DNA of 64,000 nt from an uncultured Phycisphaerales bacterium (GTDB taxonomy: Bacteria; Planctomycetota; Phycisphaerae; Sedimentisphaerales; Anaerobacaceae): the NCBI GenBank assembly GCA_963718665.1, contig OY970359.1:736001-800000 (forward strand), read 5' to 3'. Positions 1-11,955 of this stretch are shown here, in pieces (the first letter of the stretch is position 1; each line of letters opens with the position of its first letter). The position numbers and the translations under genes were made by a program. The notes under the pieces are model-generated. The model did not search any database, had not been told where the DNA came from, and was given only the letters and a program-made list of their open reading frames with translations.

Positions 1-69
1 CATAAAGCAAATCGTAACACAACACAACATCCCTCGCACCATTTCTACACCTCATTTTTTTTATTATCT

Positions 70-1284
70 TTACTGCTTGGTTTTTCTTACCGGTTTTTCA
101 CGGACGAACCTGCTTATATTGCGAACCGCCTGGCGGAGGCGTTGCTCGTTTTCAACCAGCGCAATCCTGACGTATCCTTCGCCGTTTTCGCCGAATGCAC
201 CGCCAGCCGCGACTGCAACTTCCGCATATTCCACAAGGTCCATAGAATAATCTATGGTGTTTTTGCCTTTGAGATGCTCCTGGGGGATTTTCGCCCAGAC
301 GAACATACCGGCACGTGGTTTTGGGGCTTCCCAGCCGATGCGAGTAAGGCCGTCGCAGAGAACATCGCGCCGGGACTGGTATTTTTTGTTCTGTTCAATA
401 ATATCCTTTGCGCAGTGCCTCATCGCGATAATGCCGGCAATTTGCACCGCCTGGAAAATGCCGTAATCGTAATAGCCCTTTATGGTGGCCAGGTAGTCAA
501 TCATATCCTTGTTGCCCGCGGCGAAGCCGATTCTGAACCCTGCCATACTGTAGGGCTTGCTCATAGTGGTAAATTCGACGCCCACGTCTTTTGCACCTTT
601 GGCGGAAAGGAAACTCGGGGCTTTATAGCCATTGAAGCAGGTTTCGCCATAGGCAAAATCGTGAATGACAGCAATACCGAATCGCTTGGCGATATCGATG
701 ATTGGCTCAAAAAAACCCTCATCGACCGTCATCGCAGTCGGGTTATGCGGATAGTTCAAAATTAACAGCTTGGGCTTGGGATACAGATGCTCACAGACCA
801 TAACTATATTATCTATGAACTTCTGGTCGCAGCCAAGCGGAAGGGATATGACATTTGCGCCAGCAAGAGCGACGGCGTAATTATGAATCGGGAACGCGGG
901 GTCGGGCACAATGGCCGTATCGCCAGGCCCGAGCATTGCCAGACACATATGGCTGAACCCTTCCTTCGACCCGATACAGGCAAGCACCTCTTTTTCGGGG
1001 TCAAGCTCGACATTCCAGTTTTTGGCATATTTTTTCGCCATTTCGTTTCGCAGTCCCTTGATACCGCGGGATGCGCTATAACGGTGGTTCCTGGGGTCTC
1101 TGGCGGCCTCGCAAAGCTTATCAACAACAATCTGCGGGGCCCCGTCAACGGGGTTACCCATACCGAGGTCAATAAGGTCGGCTCCTGCCTGGCGTTTTGC
1201 GTGCTTCAGGGCATTCAGCCGGGCAAACAAATATGGCGGTAATCTTGTTATCCTTTGCGATGGCTCAATCTTAAATTCGCTCAT
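70..1284 (-). CDS. Class I/II PLP aminotransferase (AlaC / LL-diaminopimelate aminotransferase-like)
   Basis: IDLGMGNP, IGSKEG, NYPHNPT, HDFAY and TMSKPYSMAGFRIG (PLP lysine) motifs; start set at MSEFKI (ATG 1284). Confidence 0.9.
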   Translation of the reverse strand: MSEFKIEPSQRITRLPPYLFARLNALKHAKRQAGADLIDLGMGNPVDGAPQIVVDKLCEAARDPRNHRYSASRGIKGLRNEMAKKYAKNWNVELDPEKEVLACIGSKEGFSHMCLAMLGPGDTAIVPDPAFPIHNYAVALAGANVISLPLGCDQKFIDNIVMVCEHLYPKPKLLILNYPHNPTAMTVDEGFFEPIIDIAKRFGIAVIHDFAYGETCFNGYKAPSFLSAKGAKDVGVEFTTMSKPYSMAGFRIGFAAGNKDMIDYLATIKGYYDYGIFQAVQIAGIIAMRHCAKDIIEQNKKYQSRRDVLCDGLTRIGWEAPKPRAGMFVWAKIPQEHLKGKNTIDYSMDLVEYAEVAVAAGGAFGENGEGYVRIALVENEQRLRQAVRNISRFVREKPVRKTKQ

Positions 1285-1389
1285 AATAATCTTCTCACAA
1301 GTTAAAAAGGGATATTCAAATATAATCGACAAGCATACCGTAAAGGGGTTAATTTTCAAAGGATTTTGTAGGAGAAGTAAACCGCCGAA

Positions 1390-2763
1390 TCAGACAATGT
1401 CGCCGAACAAGGTAAGCGGGGTTGTTCTGGTGATTTTGACGTTTGCGAACTGACCTGCAAGGGTTTCCGGGCCGTTGAAGACGGCAATCCAATCGCCTGC
1501 GGTCCTGCCGATAAGCTGAGGCAGGTTGCCGGGCTGATGTGCTTTTTTGCTTGGTCCTTCGACGAGGACTTTGACGGTTTGGCCTATGAATTCAGCGGCA
1601 AGAGTCCTGCTGATTTCCTCCTGCACCTTTAGAAGCTCGTGGTTTCGCTGTTCCTTGATTTCCTTGGGGACGTTATCTTCGAGGCGTTTATCCGCGATAG
1701 TACCGGGTCTGGGCGAATATTTGAAAATGAAGGAGTTTTTGTATCGTGCCTTTTTGACAAGATCAGCGGTTTGGGAAAAGTCGTCATCTGTTTCGCCGGG
1801 GAAGCCGACGATAAAGTCGCCCGCAATGGCGATATCGGGCACGATTTGCCGGGCCAAATCAATCAACTCAAGATATTCCGCCGAGGTGTAGCCGCGGTTC
1901 ATCGCCTTGAGGATTTGGTCTGAGCCGCTTTGTGCGGGGATATGAAGGTATCGGCAGACCTTTGGCAGATTTACCATCGCCTGCATAATCTCTTTGAAAT
2001 ACTTTTTAGACGGGTAACTTGTAACGAACTTTATCCATTCGACGCCGTCGATTTTGCTTATCATTTCGAGCAGGTCGGCAAGGCAACAGGTTTTATCGCC
2101 CGCTTTGTATTCGTAAGCGTTGATTCTCTGGCCAAGCAGGGTAATCTGTTTGATACCATTCTGGGCAAAGCGTTTGGTCTGTTCCATTATGGCTTCGGGG
2201 GGGCGTGATGTTTCAGGCCCGCGGACGTAAGGCACAACGCAGTAAGAACAGAATTTGTCGCAGCCGTGCATAGCCCGCACATACGCCTGAGCCGGTATAT
2301 CCGTGTCATCACCGCTGTATTCGATTTCAAACCGTTCGAGTGATTGAGCATCAGGCGATATTTGGCGAATCTTTTCAGTAACGGCAACCACCTTTTTCTT
2401 TTCCTGCAAGGCCTCGGCTATCAGCCGGGGTATTTCGGCGATTTGTGCGGGGCCGCAGACGATATCCACTGCCGACTGTTTAAATAACTCATCACCTAAT
2501 CGCTGTGCCATACAGCCGATTATGCCCACCACTAAATCAGGCCTGGTTTCCTTGATATGCTTGAGATTTCCGAGATGCGACATAACCCGCTGTTCTGCGT
2601 GGTCGCGCACCGAACAGGTATTGAGCAGGACAACATCCGCGTCTTTGGCATTATCGACGAACTGACAGCCGGCATCCCTAAGGGAGGATTCAACAATCGC
2701 CGAATCCAGCTTATTCATCTGACAGCCGAAGGTTTGGAGGAACACTTTTCCATTCATAGTCAT
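1390..2763 (-). CDS. miaB: tRNA-2-methylthio-N6-dimethylallyladenosine synthase
   Basis: TFGCQMN N-terminus, LNTCSVR, GCMAQR, radical [16 protein letters not shown]-terminal TRAM domain; exact start uncertain (2778/2763/2757). Confidence 0.95.
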   Translation of the reverse strand: MTMNGKVFLQTFGCQMNKLDSAIVESSLRDAGCQFVDNAKDADVVLLNTCSVRDHAEQRVMSHLGNLKHIKETRPDLVVGIIGCMAQRLGDELFKQSAVDIVCGPAQIAEIPRLIAEALQEKKKVVAVTEKIRQISPDAQSLERFEIEYSGDDTDIPAQAYVRAMHGCDKFCSYCVVPYVRGPETSRPPEAIMEQTKRFAQNGIKQITLLGQRINAYEYKAGDKTCCLADLLEMISKIDGVEWIKFVTSYPSKKYFKEIMQAMVNLPKVCRYLHIPAQSGSDQILKAMNRGYTSAEYLELIDLARQIVPDIAIAGDFIVGFPGETDDDFSQTADLVKKARYKNSFIFKYSPRPGTIADKRLEDNVPKEIKEQRNHELLKVQEEISRTLAAEFIGQTVKVLVEGPSKKAHQPGNLPQLIGRTAGDWIAVFNGPETLAGQFANVKITRTTPLTLFGDIV

Positions 2764-3305
2764 AAACCCGCAAGCCAATTTTTGGTAGTTATTACCTTAC
2801 TAAAACGCATTGCCTGGGTTACGAGAATTGCCCGATACAGCTCTTCGGCAGTAACAGAGCCCGCCGGATTGGAAAATGCAAGTGTGCCCGTAGCATCTGA
2901 AAGGAACTCGACCGCAAAACCGAGGTGAAACGCCTGGCGGGCGGTAGTATCACAGCACATCTGAGTCATATAGCCGGCAATGACAACCGTATCGACTTGC
3001 CGTTCCCAGAGCCATGATTCAAGAATTGTTCCGGTAAAGCTGCCGGGGAACGTTTTTTCGATAAGGACATCTCGTTTGCGGCGCTCTATCTGGTGGTGCA
3101 GCATCCAACTTTCGCTTCCTTTCTGGAATCTTTTGGAAAGCGGAGTAATCGCAGAATGCTGAATAACAACAATGGAGATGCCATGGGAGGCGGCTTCGTC
3201 CATTACCTTAAGGATATTCTCGAAGCTTCCCGGCGGGTAAACCACCTTGAGACCTTCGGCGAAATATACGTTCTGCACATCGATGACTAATAACGCTCTT
3301 TTCAT
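2760..3305 (-). CDS. Cysteine hydrolase / isochorismatase family protein
   Basis: [17 protein letters not shown] and [13 protein letters not shown] catalytic motifs. Confidence 0.9.
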   Translation of the reverse strand: MKRALLVIDVQNVYFAEGLKVVYPPGSFENILKVMDEAASHGISIVVIQHSAITPLSKRFQKGSESWMLHHQIERRKRDVLIEKTFPGSFTGTILESWLWERQVDTVVIAGYMTQMCCDTTARQAFHLGFAVEFLSDATGTLAFSNPAGSVTAEELYRAILVTQAMRFSKVITTKNWLAGL

Positions 3306-3955
3306 ATTTTTTCCTTCGCGGCAAGCCGAACGCCCATCTCAAAGGCCTTTTGACAATCCTGGGGGAATATTTCTTTTCGTCTTTTTAATTTCTGCACGGG
3401 GTCAAACCGCGGCGCTACTACTTTTGAATAATCCTCGAACTGATAAGTGTCAAAACTTAACAGCGTCTCACCTGAGCCGAAGATTATTTTCATAAGGCGT
3501 TCAATATTTTCGAAGCGATGCTGATAGCCGAACTCGTTCATTGCTTCTTCAGTAACGCCCATCGTATAAATAAACCCGGTGTGAATCTTTTTCGGAAAAA
3601 GAGACGCCGGCGGGGCGCTATAAATAATATACGGGAATATGAGCCGCTCCATAAACGACTGCATTTGGCCGGTGACAGTTCCCAGATAAACAGGCGAACC
3701 AAAAATAACAGCATTGGCCGTTTCCACCTTTTCAAAAATCGGCGTCAGAACGTCCTTTACCGCGCATTTGCCGTAGCTAACGCCGCCTTTCTTTTTGCAG
3801 GCAAAACAACTGATACAGCCCTTATATTTTAAATCGTATAAATGTATAAGCTCCGTTTCTGCACCCTGTGATGATGCGCCTTCGAGGGCTTTTTTAAGCA
3901 GGGTTGCTGTATTCCATTCTTTTCTTGGGCTGCCGTTAAATGCAATTATTTTCAT
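3302..3955 (-). CDS. Iron-sulfur flavoprotein / NADPH-dependent FMN reductase family
   Basis: [10 protein letters not shown], CxxCxxC...C cluster, GSPVY. Confidence 0.88.
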   Translation of the reverse strand: MKIIAFNGSPRKEWNTATLLKKALEGASSQGAETELIHLYDLKYKGCISCFACKKKGGVSYGKCAVKDVLTPIFEKVETANAVIFGSPVYLGTVTGQMQSFMERLIFPYIIYSAPPASLFPKKIHTGFIYTMGVTEEAMNEFGYQHRFENIERLMKIIFGSGETLLSFDTYQFEDYSKVVAPRFDPVQKLKRRKEIFPQDCQKAFEMGVRLAAKEKI

Positions 3956-3995
3956 TGGAATATACCTCCGGTCATTGATTTCGCGATTTTGGGCT

Positions 3996-4286
3996 TCAAA
4001 CTCCGTTTACAACAACGGCATTCGTTTTGGCGGATTGCTCTCGCAGAGGGGCGACTGCCCTATATTCCGGCGAGCGCCACCAGGCGTGGAATTTCTCCAT
4101 CGAGGCAAATTCGACAACGATAAGCCGGGCGGGTTTCCAGTCGCCGGAAACAACCGTTACCTGGCCTCCGCGGGCGAGATACTTACCGCCGAACTTTTCG
4201 ATAATCCGCGGGACTTTCTCGATATACTCACCGTATTTGGCCCTATCCATAACTTCTTTGGCTTCGATAATCATATAGACCGACAT
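3996..4286 (-). CDS. DUF1330 domain protein
   Basis: FGGKYLARGG, VVEFAS, WWRSPEY...R signature; AGGGT-type RBS. Confidence 0.88.
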   Translation of the reverse strand: MSVYMIIEAKEVMDRAKYGEYIEKVPRIIEKFGGKYLARGGQVTVVSGDWKPARLIVVEFASMEKFHAWWRSPEYRAVAPLREQSAKTNAVVVNGV

Positions 4287-4318
4287 AATTTTACCCTTTC
4301 CTTCCGTAACAATTCTGT

Positions 4319-5113
4319 TTAATAACCGAATGCGTAATAATGGCCTTTTTCTTTTTTTATGCGCACCGGCACCCTGAAAAGCTCACCGATATTCCTGCTG
4401 GTGAGAATGGCCGCTTTGGGGCCGTCTTTATAAAATCTGCCTTTGCGCATCAAAATGACGCGGTTAATCTGCGGGATAATATCCTGGATGTTCTGAGTAA
4501 TAAGAATGATGCCCGTTCCCGACTTCGATATTTTTCGCATAATTTTTCGGAACTTGTGCTGCGCGTGCAAATCCAGTGCGATTGTCGGCTCGTCAAGGAT
4601 TAGCGTCCGTGGGTTATGTATCAGCGCCCTTGCGATAAGAAAACGTCTCGCCTCGCCCGATGACATCTCGGTCATAAACCTGTCCCTGAGGTGATAAATT
4701 TCCAGGAACCTGAGAATTTTTTCCGTCCTTTTTTTCATTTCCCGGCTCACCCTGTGGCCGTATAACCCGATGCTGCTGAAGAACCCTGACAGCACAACTT
4801 CCATCCCGGACATCTGGCGAGCAAAGGCGCTCTGCAAATCGCTCGATACAATGCCCAACAGGAACCGCAAATCGAAGATGTCCCATCTGTCCCGTCCCCA
4901 AATCCTGAACGAGAAATCCTTTTTGCGGGGCAGCGGGTAATACTCCCTTGTTATTGCCCTGATAAAAGACGATTTTCCTGCCCCGTTGGGGCCGAGTATC
5001 GCGACGTTTTCGCCCGCGCGTATGGTAAGCGACAGGGAATCGAGGATTTTCTTTCGTCTTCTGACGATGGTAACGTTTTTAAACTCCAGCAGCGGAATTT
5101 GCTTTTTAGCCAT
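4319..5113 (-). CDS. Stand-alone ABC ATP-binding protein (ModF-like)
   Basis: Walker A GPNGAGKS, signature MSSGE, LILDEP; start set at MAKKQ. Confidence 0.85.
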   Translation of the reverse strand: MAKKQIPLLEFKNVTIVRRRKKILDSLSLTIRAGENVAILGPNGAGKSSFIRAITREYYPLPRKKDFSFRIWGRDRWDIFDLRFLLGIVSSDLQSAFARQMSGMEVVLSGFFSSIGLYGHRVSREMKKRTEKILRFLEIYHLRDRFMTEMSSGEARRFLIARALIHNPRTLILDEPTIALDLHAQHKFRKIMRKISKSGTGIILITQNIQDIIPQINRVILMRKGRFYKDGPKAAILTSRNIGELFRVPVRIKKEKGHYYAFGY

Positions 5114-5120
5114 AAGCCCC

Positions 5121-5149
5121 ACTATACAAATTAGCACCATCCGAATCAA
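5121..5149 (-). promoter_or_regulatory. sigma70-type promoter, leaderless-type
   Basis: TTGATT-N17-TATAGT, 7 nt before ATG 5113, no Shine-Dalgarno. Confidence 0.55.
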
Positions 5150-5240
5150 CATACCGAAAGCCCCCGAAGGTTGTTTATTTTACACAGGCGGGCGATTATA
5201 TTGTTAAGAGCGAAGACCATACGCAATTAAGGGTTCAGGA

Positions 5241-7943
5241 ATGACGCAGTGGTGGCAAATCGGCATCGAGCAGATATCCAAAAATCTTGGGACGGATTTA
5301 TCCAGCGGTCTGACCTCTCAGGAAGCAGCCGGCAGATTAACGAAATACGGCCCCAACCAACTGCAGGAGAAGAAAGCCATTTCTCCCTGGAGGATTTTCT
5401 TAGGCCAGTTCGAGGATTTTATTATCTGGGTGCTTATCGTAGCGGCAATTGTATCGGGTTTCCTGCAGGAATGGGTTGACGCGTTAGCGATTATAGCAAT
5501 CGTGGTTCTCAACGCGATACTGGGCTTTATACAGGAATACCGCGCCGAGAAATCGCTTGCTGCATTGAAGAAACTCTCAAGCCCGTCATCCAAAGTCATC
5601 TGCGACGGCCAGCACGCGGTCATATCATCTTTCGAGCTTGTGCCGGGCGACCTTATTGAGCTTGAGGCGGGCGACAACATACCCGCTGACAGCCGGGTGG
5701 TCTGGATAACCGCCAATTTCACCGTGCAGGAGGCAAGCTTGACGGGCGAATCGACGCCGGTGGCGAAAACAACCAAGGCGCTGGAAGCAAAAGACGTTCC
5801 ACTGGCCGACAGGGTCAACATGGTTTATATGGGGACATCGGTCGCGGGAGGCAAGGCGAGGGCCGTTGTCGCGGAAACAGCGATGCGGACCGAGCTTGGT
5901 AAAATCGCGGGTATGATTCAGGAAATCGAGCGGGATTCAACACCTTTGCAGAAAAAGCTCGAACAGTTCAGCAAGTGGATAGTTTACGCATGTTTTGTGC
6001 TTGTGGCGATGGTTTTTGTGCTGGGCGTTATGCGGGGCGGGAAATGGCTGGATATGTTCCTTACCTCGGTGAGTTTGGCAGTCGCTGCTATCCCGGAGGG
6101 AATGCCCGCGGTGGTAACGATAGCGCTTGCGATTGGGGTTCAGAGAATGGTCGCACGCCACGCACTCATCCGCAAACTGCCCTCAGTTGAGACGCTTGGC
6201 TGTGCGACCGTTATATGCTCCGACAAAACAGGCACCCTTACCAAGAACGAAATGACGGTCCAGGCGGTTTACGCGGACAGCAAACAATTCAAAGTAACCG
6301 GCATCGGCTACGAGCCAAAGGGCGATTTCCTTTTGGACGGCAAATCAATAAAACCAGCCGATTACCCGACGCTTGCCAAGGCATTACTTTGCGGAACGCT
6401 CTGCAACGGCGCGCAACTGATTCGTGAAGGCAACAGGTTCAAAATTTTCGGCGACCCGACGGAGGCGGCCATACTCACCGCCGCGGCCAAAGCGGATATA
6501 TGGAAGGAAAAGGCGGAAACCGACTGGCAGTTCGTTACAGAGATACCATTCGACTCCGAACGAAAGAAAATGACCATAATCCGGGAAAATTCAGGCAGGC
6601 GAATCGCCTTTGTAAAAGGAGCGCCGGATATCCTGCTCGGCGACTGCACAAAAATCGAATTAGCCGGGGCAATTAGAAACCTGCTCCCGAAAGACACGGA
6701 ATATATTTTGAACGCCAACAATCACATGGCAAACGACGCGATGAGAGTCCTGGGGCTGGCATATAAAGAATTGGACGATGCCGATACAAACTACCAGGCC
6801 GATACAATTGAAAAGGACCTGATTTTCGCGGGACTTGTTGCGATGATTGACCCGCCGAGAGAAGAGGTCAAAAAGGCGATACAGGACTGCAAGACCGCTT
6901 CGATAAGAACCGTGATGATTACGGGCGACCACAAGAATACCGCGGTTGCCATAGCGAAGGATTTGGGATTTTTCCAGGCGGATTCGGTTGCCCTCACCGG
7001 CGAAGAATTGGACAAGATAACCGACGAACAGCTTGCGCAGCAGGTGCAAAAGGCAAGCGTTTACGCACGTGTGTCGCCTGAGCATAAACTGCGGGTTGTG
7101 CGTGCGCTTCGGCGCCAAAACGAGGTGGTCGCGATGACGGGCGACGGCGTCAACGATGCGCCTGCGCTCAAAGAGGCCGACATCGGAGTAGCAATGGGTA
7201 TCACCGGAACCGACGTTACCAAAGAGGTCTCCGATATGATTGTTACCGACGATAATTTTGCGTCAATCGTGGCTGCCGTCGAGGAAGGCAGGGGCATTTA
7301 CGACAATATCAAAAAATTCATTCACTACCTGCTCTCCTGCAACACGGGCGAAATCCTTGTTATGTTCGTTTCGTCGCTCATCGGCTGGCCCGTGCCGCTA
7401 TTACCGATTCAAATCCTGTGGGTGAATTTAGTAACCGACGGCCTGCCCGCTCTTGCGCTGGGTGTTGACCCAATCGACCCCAACGTTATGAAACGCAGGC
7501 CACGCCCGCCAAAAGAGCCGGTCGTTACCAGACAAAGGGCATTCCTGATGCTCGCACAGGGCATTTTTATCGCTTTTTGCAGTCTGGCGGCGTTTTACTT
7601 TGTGATGTTTATTGAAAAGGAAGGTCTGCAGCGGGCCAAGACAGCCGCGTTTTTGGTGCTCTCGTGCAGCCAGTTGTTCCACGCCTTTAACTGCCGAAGT
7701 CAAACCGAATCGCTTTTCAAAATCGGCGTATTTACAAACCCTAAACTAATCTGGGCAACCGTAATATCCTTCCTGCTGCAAATGATGGTTGTTTATGTAC
7801 CCTTCTTCCAGACGATTTTCAAGACGAAGATGTTGACGACATTCGACTGGTGTATTGTAATCGCTATTTCGTCGCTGCCCCTGTGGGCGATGGAAATTAT
7901 CAAGACGATAACAAAACAAACTGGCGTTATGCAGCCAGCATAA
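5241..7943 (+). CDS. Ca2+-translocating P-type ATPase (type IIA, SERCA-like)
   Basis: [35 protein letters not shown]. Confidence 0.95.
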   Translation: MTQWWQIGIEQISKNLGTDLSSGLTSQEAAGRLTKYGPNQLQEKKAISPWRIFLGQFEDFIIWVLIVAAIVSGFLQEWVDALAIIAIVVLNAILGFIQEYRAEKSLAALKKLSSPSSKVICDGQHAVISSFELVPGDLIELEAGDNIPADSRVVWITANFTVQEASLTGESTPVAKTTKALEAKDVPLADRVNMVYMGTSVAGGKARAVVAETAMRTELGKIAGMIQEIERDSTPLQKKLEQFSKWIVYACFVLVAMVFVLGVMRGGKWLDMFLTSVSLAVAAIPEGMPAVVTIALAIGVQRMVARHALIRKLPSVETLGCATVICSDKTGTLTKNEMTVQAVYADSKQFKVTGIGYEPKGDFLLDGKSIKPADYPTLAKALLCGTLCNGAQLIREGNRFKIFGDPTEAAILTAAAKADIWKEKAETDWQFVTEIPFDSERKKMTIIRENSGRRIAFVKGAPDILLGDCTKIELAGAIRNLLPKDTEYILNANNHMANDAMRVLGLAYKELDDADTNYQADTIEKDLIFAGLVAMIDPPREEVKKAIQDCKTASIRTVMITGDHKNTAVAIAKDLGFFQADSVALTGEELDKITDEQLAQQVQKASVYARVSPEHKLRVVRALRRQNEVVAMTGDGVNDAPALKEADIGVAMGITGTDVTKEVSDMIVTDDNFASIVAAVEEGRGIYDNIKKFIHYLLSCNTGEILVMFVSSLIGWPVPLLPIQILWVNLVTDGLPALALGVDPIDPNVMKRRPRPPKEPVVTRQRAFLMLAQGIFIAFCSLAAFYFVMFIEKEGLQRAKTAAFLVLSCSQLFHAFNCRSQTESLFKIGVFTNPKLIWATVISFLLQMMVVYVPFFQTIFKTKMLTTFDWCIVIAISSLPLWAMEIIKTITKQTGVMQPA

Positions 7944-7968
7944 TTATTCGCTCAACTATATTTTCGAT

Positions 7969-9060
7969 TCAGTCGCCGAAGCAGGTGCCGACCGAACGAG
8001 CCGATGTTATCAACGGGTGTTCGACAGGGATATTTCGCGGACCTTTCGCGGCCTCTTCAATGGGGACGGCTGCTATATCATTGCCCTTAACCGCAGCCAT
8101 ATACCCAAACTGCCCCGCTTCAATCAACTCAACCGCTTTTGTCCCTAAGCGGGTTGCGAGAACCCTGTCTGTCGGGGTGGGAGTGCCGCCCCTTTGCAAA
8201 TGGCCGAGAACAACCTGGCGTGTCTCTATACCGCTTGCCTGTTCAATCTGATGACCAAGCACAAAACTTATGCCGCCAAGACGCACCTGTTCGGGGCTGT
8301 TTTTCACGATTTGCCGGACGACGACATCGCCGCCTTTGGGCTTTGCTCCTTCCGAAACAACCACGATGCTGAATTTCTTGCCCATTCTATTTCTGGCTTT
8401 GACTTTGCGGACGACGGATTCGATGTCGTAGGGAATTTCAGGCATAAGGATTATGTCGCCCCCGCCCGCGACACCTGAATAAAGCGCAATCCAGCCCGCG
8501 GTCCTGCCCATTACTTCAACAATCATCACTCTATGGTGCGACTGGGCGGTGGTATGCACGCGGTCAATTGCCTCGGTCGCGATTGAAACAGCGGTATCAA
8601 AACCAAAAGTAACGTCCGTACCGCGCAGGTCATTATCAATTGTTTTGGGAACAGCCACAATTGGGACGCCTTCTTTGTGAAATTTGTTCGAAACAAACAA
8701 CGTGCCGTCGCCGCCTATGCAGACAAGGCACTCGACACCAAGTTTTTTAATGTTGGCGATAACCGTTTTCGAGACGTCGCAGAACTGAAGTTTCTTTCCC
8801 CGGCCTGTGGCGTATCTGTATGGGTCCGATTTGTTTGAGGTGCCGAGAATTGTGCCGCCTTCGGTCAAAATGCCTGATACATCCTCGTAATGGAGCTTTC
8901 GCCATCTGCGGTGGATAAGCCCTTCGTAGCCATCTTCTATGCCTATGACGTCCATTCCGAACTGAATAATCGCTTTCTTGGCGACCGCCCTGATTACCGC
9001 GTTTGTGCCGGGACAGTCCCCGCCGCCTGAAAGTATCGCAATCGACCTTGCTCTTCTCAT
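7969..9060 (-). CDS. pfkA: 6-phosphofructokinase (group III, likely ATP-dependent)
   Basis: GGGDCPG, GGTILGTS, GGDGT, PKTIDND, EVMGR, LGHLQRGG; start set at ATG 9060. Confidence 0.92.
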   Translation of the reverse strand: MRRARSIAILSGGGDCPGTNAVIRAVAKKAIIQFGMDVIGIEDGYEGLIHRRWRKLHYEDVSGILTEGGTILGTSNKSDPYRYATGRGKKLQFCDVSKTVIANIKKLGVECLVCIGGDGTLFVSNKFHKEGVPIVAVPKTIDNDLRGTDVTFGFDTAVSIATEAIDRVHTTAQSHHRVMIVEVMGRTAGWIALYSGVAGGGDIILMPEIPYDIESVVRKVKARNRMGKKFSIVVVSEGAKPKGGDVVVRQIVKNSPEQVRLGGISFVLGHQIEQASGIETRQVVLGHLQRGGTPTPTDRVLATRLGTKAVELIEAGQFGYMAAVKGNDIAAVPIEEAAKGPRNIPVEHPLITSARSVGTCFGD

Positions 9061-9140
9061 AACGTCGCTCCAAAAAACTTTCCACATTCGTAGTAAGTAT
9101 ATCATCTGCATCAGGTGATACAACCTCTGAAGTTATCGAC

Positions 9141-10469
9141 TTATCTCTGACTGATGCCCCGATTTAACTGTCTTTGCAGGTCTTTGAGGCGGTTTGTTTC
9201 GTCAAAGCCGAGCAGGATAACAGGAAAAGCGGTCTTATTGTGCAATAACGGCTCATCGATATCGACCCATTTGCGGCAAAGCTCGCCGTCGGGTGTACCC
9301 GGTATAGGCGAAAAATCGGCGAGCATTCCCTTTATGCCAAGGTGATTCACAAAACGCATCGATTCTTCCAAATCAGCAACGTTGGTTTTCGGATGGCCCA
9401 GAATCTGGTAAGCAGTGATATTATTCGGCTCCGTGCCCGCCTGCCCTGAGTATAATCGAAGGGCGGATTTCAGATTCGCCACCGCCTCCGCTAACTCCTC
9501 CGAAAAGACCTTTGAGCCGGTTTGCTTCTGCCAATCTCTCGAACTGCTTTCAAAACCAAGATAAAAACATTTGAAGCCCGCACGCACCATTAAATCCGCG
9601 AGTTCTTTTGTTAAAAAGCGGACATTAATGGCGTTGGGGCTGTGAAAATTTACTTTTATATCTCGCTGAATGACTTCATTAAAAAACGGAGTCAAAACAT
9701 TTTTTGCGTCGAATAACAAAGCATCATCATAAAACGCGACATTTCTCGCTCCAAGTTTCACAAGAAGCTCCAGCTCCGCCAGCGATCTCTGCAATGAGCG
9801 GGGCCGAAATTTGCCATACACTTTTGGCACAAGACAATACGTACATTCAAACGGACAGCCATCGCTGAGCTTCAATACCCCGACGCTTAATTTGTCGTAT
9901 GCCTCCCATAGTCCCGGCTGACTCAAATCCGATTCAAGACCAACGAAATCCCAAAGCAGCCCAAGGTTATTCCCCTCGACAAGCAAATCCGCTCCAAGTT
10001 TTTCGGCGTGGCTATGACACAGCGTTACATAGTTGCCACCGACGATTATTTTAGCGGCCGGCATCGCCCGGCGAATGTCCTCAATTACCTCCCGCACGCC
10101 CGGATACCAGTAGGTCATTACGGTGCCGACAAAAACAAAGTCGTAACCCGTGTGTTTAGCGAGAAAATCCTGAAAGACCGACCTCGGCAGACCAAACCGC
10201 CTGAATGAACGCGGGATATCTCTCAAACAATCAGGATTGGGGATTTTCTCGAAATAAAACCTGCCCCTGCCCCACTGGTCGGCCTCGATTTCCTTGTGAG
10301 TCGAACAAAAAGGATGCAGGCGGTCGAGGTAATCGAAAAGGGTAGATTCCGCCCTGCCGCGAAGGTATCCCGCGATGCTCAACAGGCCGTAGGGTTTGAG
10401 CCAGAAATCATACGCGGCGAAATCGTATATCGGCGGATTTACAAGTAATATCCTTGGCGTCGCTGACAC
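9141..10469 (-). CDS. B12-binding-domain radical SAM protein
   Basis: ILLVNPPIYDFAAYDFWLKP N-terminus, GCPFECTYC, FYDDALL; carries a short palindromic insert near 9436-9467. Confidence 0.85.
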   Translation of the reverse strand: MSATPRILLVNPPIYDFAAYDFWLKPYGLLSIAGYLRGRAESTLFDYLDRLHPFCSTHKEIEADQWGRGRFYFEKIPNPDCLRDIPRSFRRFGLPRSVFQDFLAKHTGYDFVFVGTVMTYWYPGVREVIEDIRRAMPAAKIIVGGNYVTLCHSHAEKLGADLLVEGNNLGLLWDFVGLESDLSQPGLWEAYDKLSVGVLKLSDGCPFECTYCLVPKVYGKFRPRSLQRSLAELELLVKLGARNVAFYDDALLFDAKNVLTPFFNEVIQRDIKVNFHSPNAINVRFLTKELADLMVRAGFKCFYLGFESSSRDWQKQTGSKVFSEELAEAVANLKSALRLYSGQAGTEPNNITAYQILGHPKTNVADLEESMRFVNHLGIKGMLADFSPIPGTPDGELCRKWVDIDEPLLHNKTAFPVILLGFDETNRLKDLQRQLNRGISQR

Positions 10470-10563
10470 GGTTCGATTGCCCTAAAAACAATATCAAAAA
10501 TAATCAACAAGCATCGGCAATCGGCGTTTTTTGTCAATAGTTTTCTGACAGGAGAAGAACAAC

Positions 10564-11346
10564 TTAATGGTGATGGGAATCCGCGGGTTTTTGGGGACGA
10601 TTAGGCCAGCCAAGAATATCGAACAGAAAATAACTCGACCGCTTTATCATTTCGACCGGCGTGCAGGGCGTCATCTCGAGCGAACCGATAACATCGTTAT
10701 TATATTTTTCCAGCGACTTCAGCAGATAATCAAAATCATTCTGATTCGCCCCGCCTGAACAGCCAAGAGGCCTGTGGTCATCGCAACTGCCGTTGTGGTC
10801 GGTAAGATGCAAATGAGTGGTCCTTTTGGCAAGCGTATCGACATACTCATTGAAACTGTGCCCGGCGTCGCATCTCGCAAAGCCGGTGTCAAAGCAATAC
10901 CATATCGACTTGAAACGACGGCCGATATCTTTGAGCATATCCAGCGGCCCCGTTTCGATACAAAGTTTTACGCCCTCATCTTTTGCCATCCCGACGACAT
11001 CGGCAATAAAATCGCCATCGTCGGCGTTTTTGCCCTGCATACGCAAACTCTGCAAATCAGCGACGATATTGGCCTTGAGGAGTTTCGCGCAGCCGATTTG
11101 CTCGGCCCACTGCTCAATGCTCGGATTATCATTGCGGGAACGCATCGAGACAAGCATACCCTCGGTAGCGGTCTCAAGCCGGGGCCAGTCACGCTTGTCG
11201 TACCGGCACTCGTCAAGCCCCCCTATATTAGGCCCAAGTTCAACGCCCAAACCGAGCGTCCGCAGCAGGTCACATTCCTGCTCCAGAGACAACCGGCTCT
11301 GCTTACCCCAAAACGCCATTGTCGAGACAACGTATCTTATCTTCAT
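10564..11346 (-). CDS. Sugar phosphate isomerase/epimerase-like TIM barrel protein
   Basis: KLCIET, CFDTG, HLHLTD...DDH, SLE metal-binding motifs. Confidence 0.75.
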   Translation of the reverse strand: MKIRYVVSTMAFWGKQSRLSLEQECDLLRTLGLGVELGPNIGGLDECRYDKRDWPRLETATEGMLVSMRSRNDNPSIEQWAEQIGCAKLLKANIVADLQSLRMQGKNADDGDFIADVVGMAKDEGVKLCIETGPLDMLKDIGRRFKSIWYCFDTGFARCDAGHSFNEYVDTLAKRTTHLHLTDHNGSCDDHRPLGCSGGANQNDFDYLLKSLEKYNNDVIGSLEMTPCTPVEMIKRSSYFLFDILGWPNRPQKPADSHHH

Positions 11347-11625
11347 CCAGGCACCACTGTAAAAAGTCGAAACCCCATCCCCTATTAAAGTGTGGGTAAT
11401 CTTTTATCGATTAAAAAACGAGCAATCTTCAGCTATTTCCCAAAGCTACCCTTCTGGTCCGGTAATAGCCCAAATATCAACGTCAAACTACACCCTAAAA
11501 TCCTTCCAAAACCTGATTATTCAGGCAAAAATCACGCATACATAATCATTAAACTTGTCAAAAATCCTATTGATTTATACGCGGATTACGGTAAAATAGT
11601 GCTTTTGATTGTTCTGGAGTAAATT

Positions 11626-11847
11626 ATGAAGAAAGACATACATCCGAAATATGACAAAGTCGTGGTTCACTGCGGCTGCGGAAATACCTTTGAAACCCGC
11701 AGCACCGCAAGCGAAATCCACGCGGAAATCTGCTCTGCCTGCCATCCTTTCTACACAGGCAAGCAGAAGTACGTCGATACCGCCGGCCGGGTCGAGCGTT
11801 TCCAGAAGAAATACGGCACCGACTACTTCAAAAAACAGAAAAAGTAG
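11626..11847 (+). CDS. rpmE: 50S ribosomal protein L31 (Zn-binding type)
   Basis: [39 protein letters not shown]. Confidence 0.98.
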   Translation: MKKDIHPKYDKVVVHCGCGNTFETRSTASEIHAEICSACHPFYTGKQKYVDTAGRVERFQKKYGTDYFKKQKK

Positions 11848-11866
11848 TTCCTACGCAGAATCACTA

Positions 11867-11919
11867 TCAGGGCTCCTTTTTTGGTCGTTTGTTCGCAAAA
11901 GCGGAGCCCTGATTGTTTT
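11867..11919 (+). terminator. Hairpin/terminator between rpmE and prfA
   Basis: ATCAGGGCTCC...GGAGCCCTGAT inverted repeat followed by a T-rich tract. Confidence 0.55.
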
Positions 11920-11955
11920 ACTCCCTTTCTAAAAGTAAATTACCGGAACAATACT

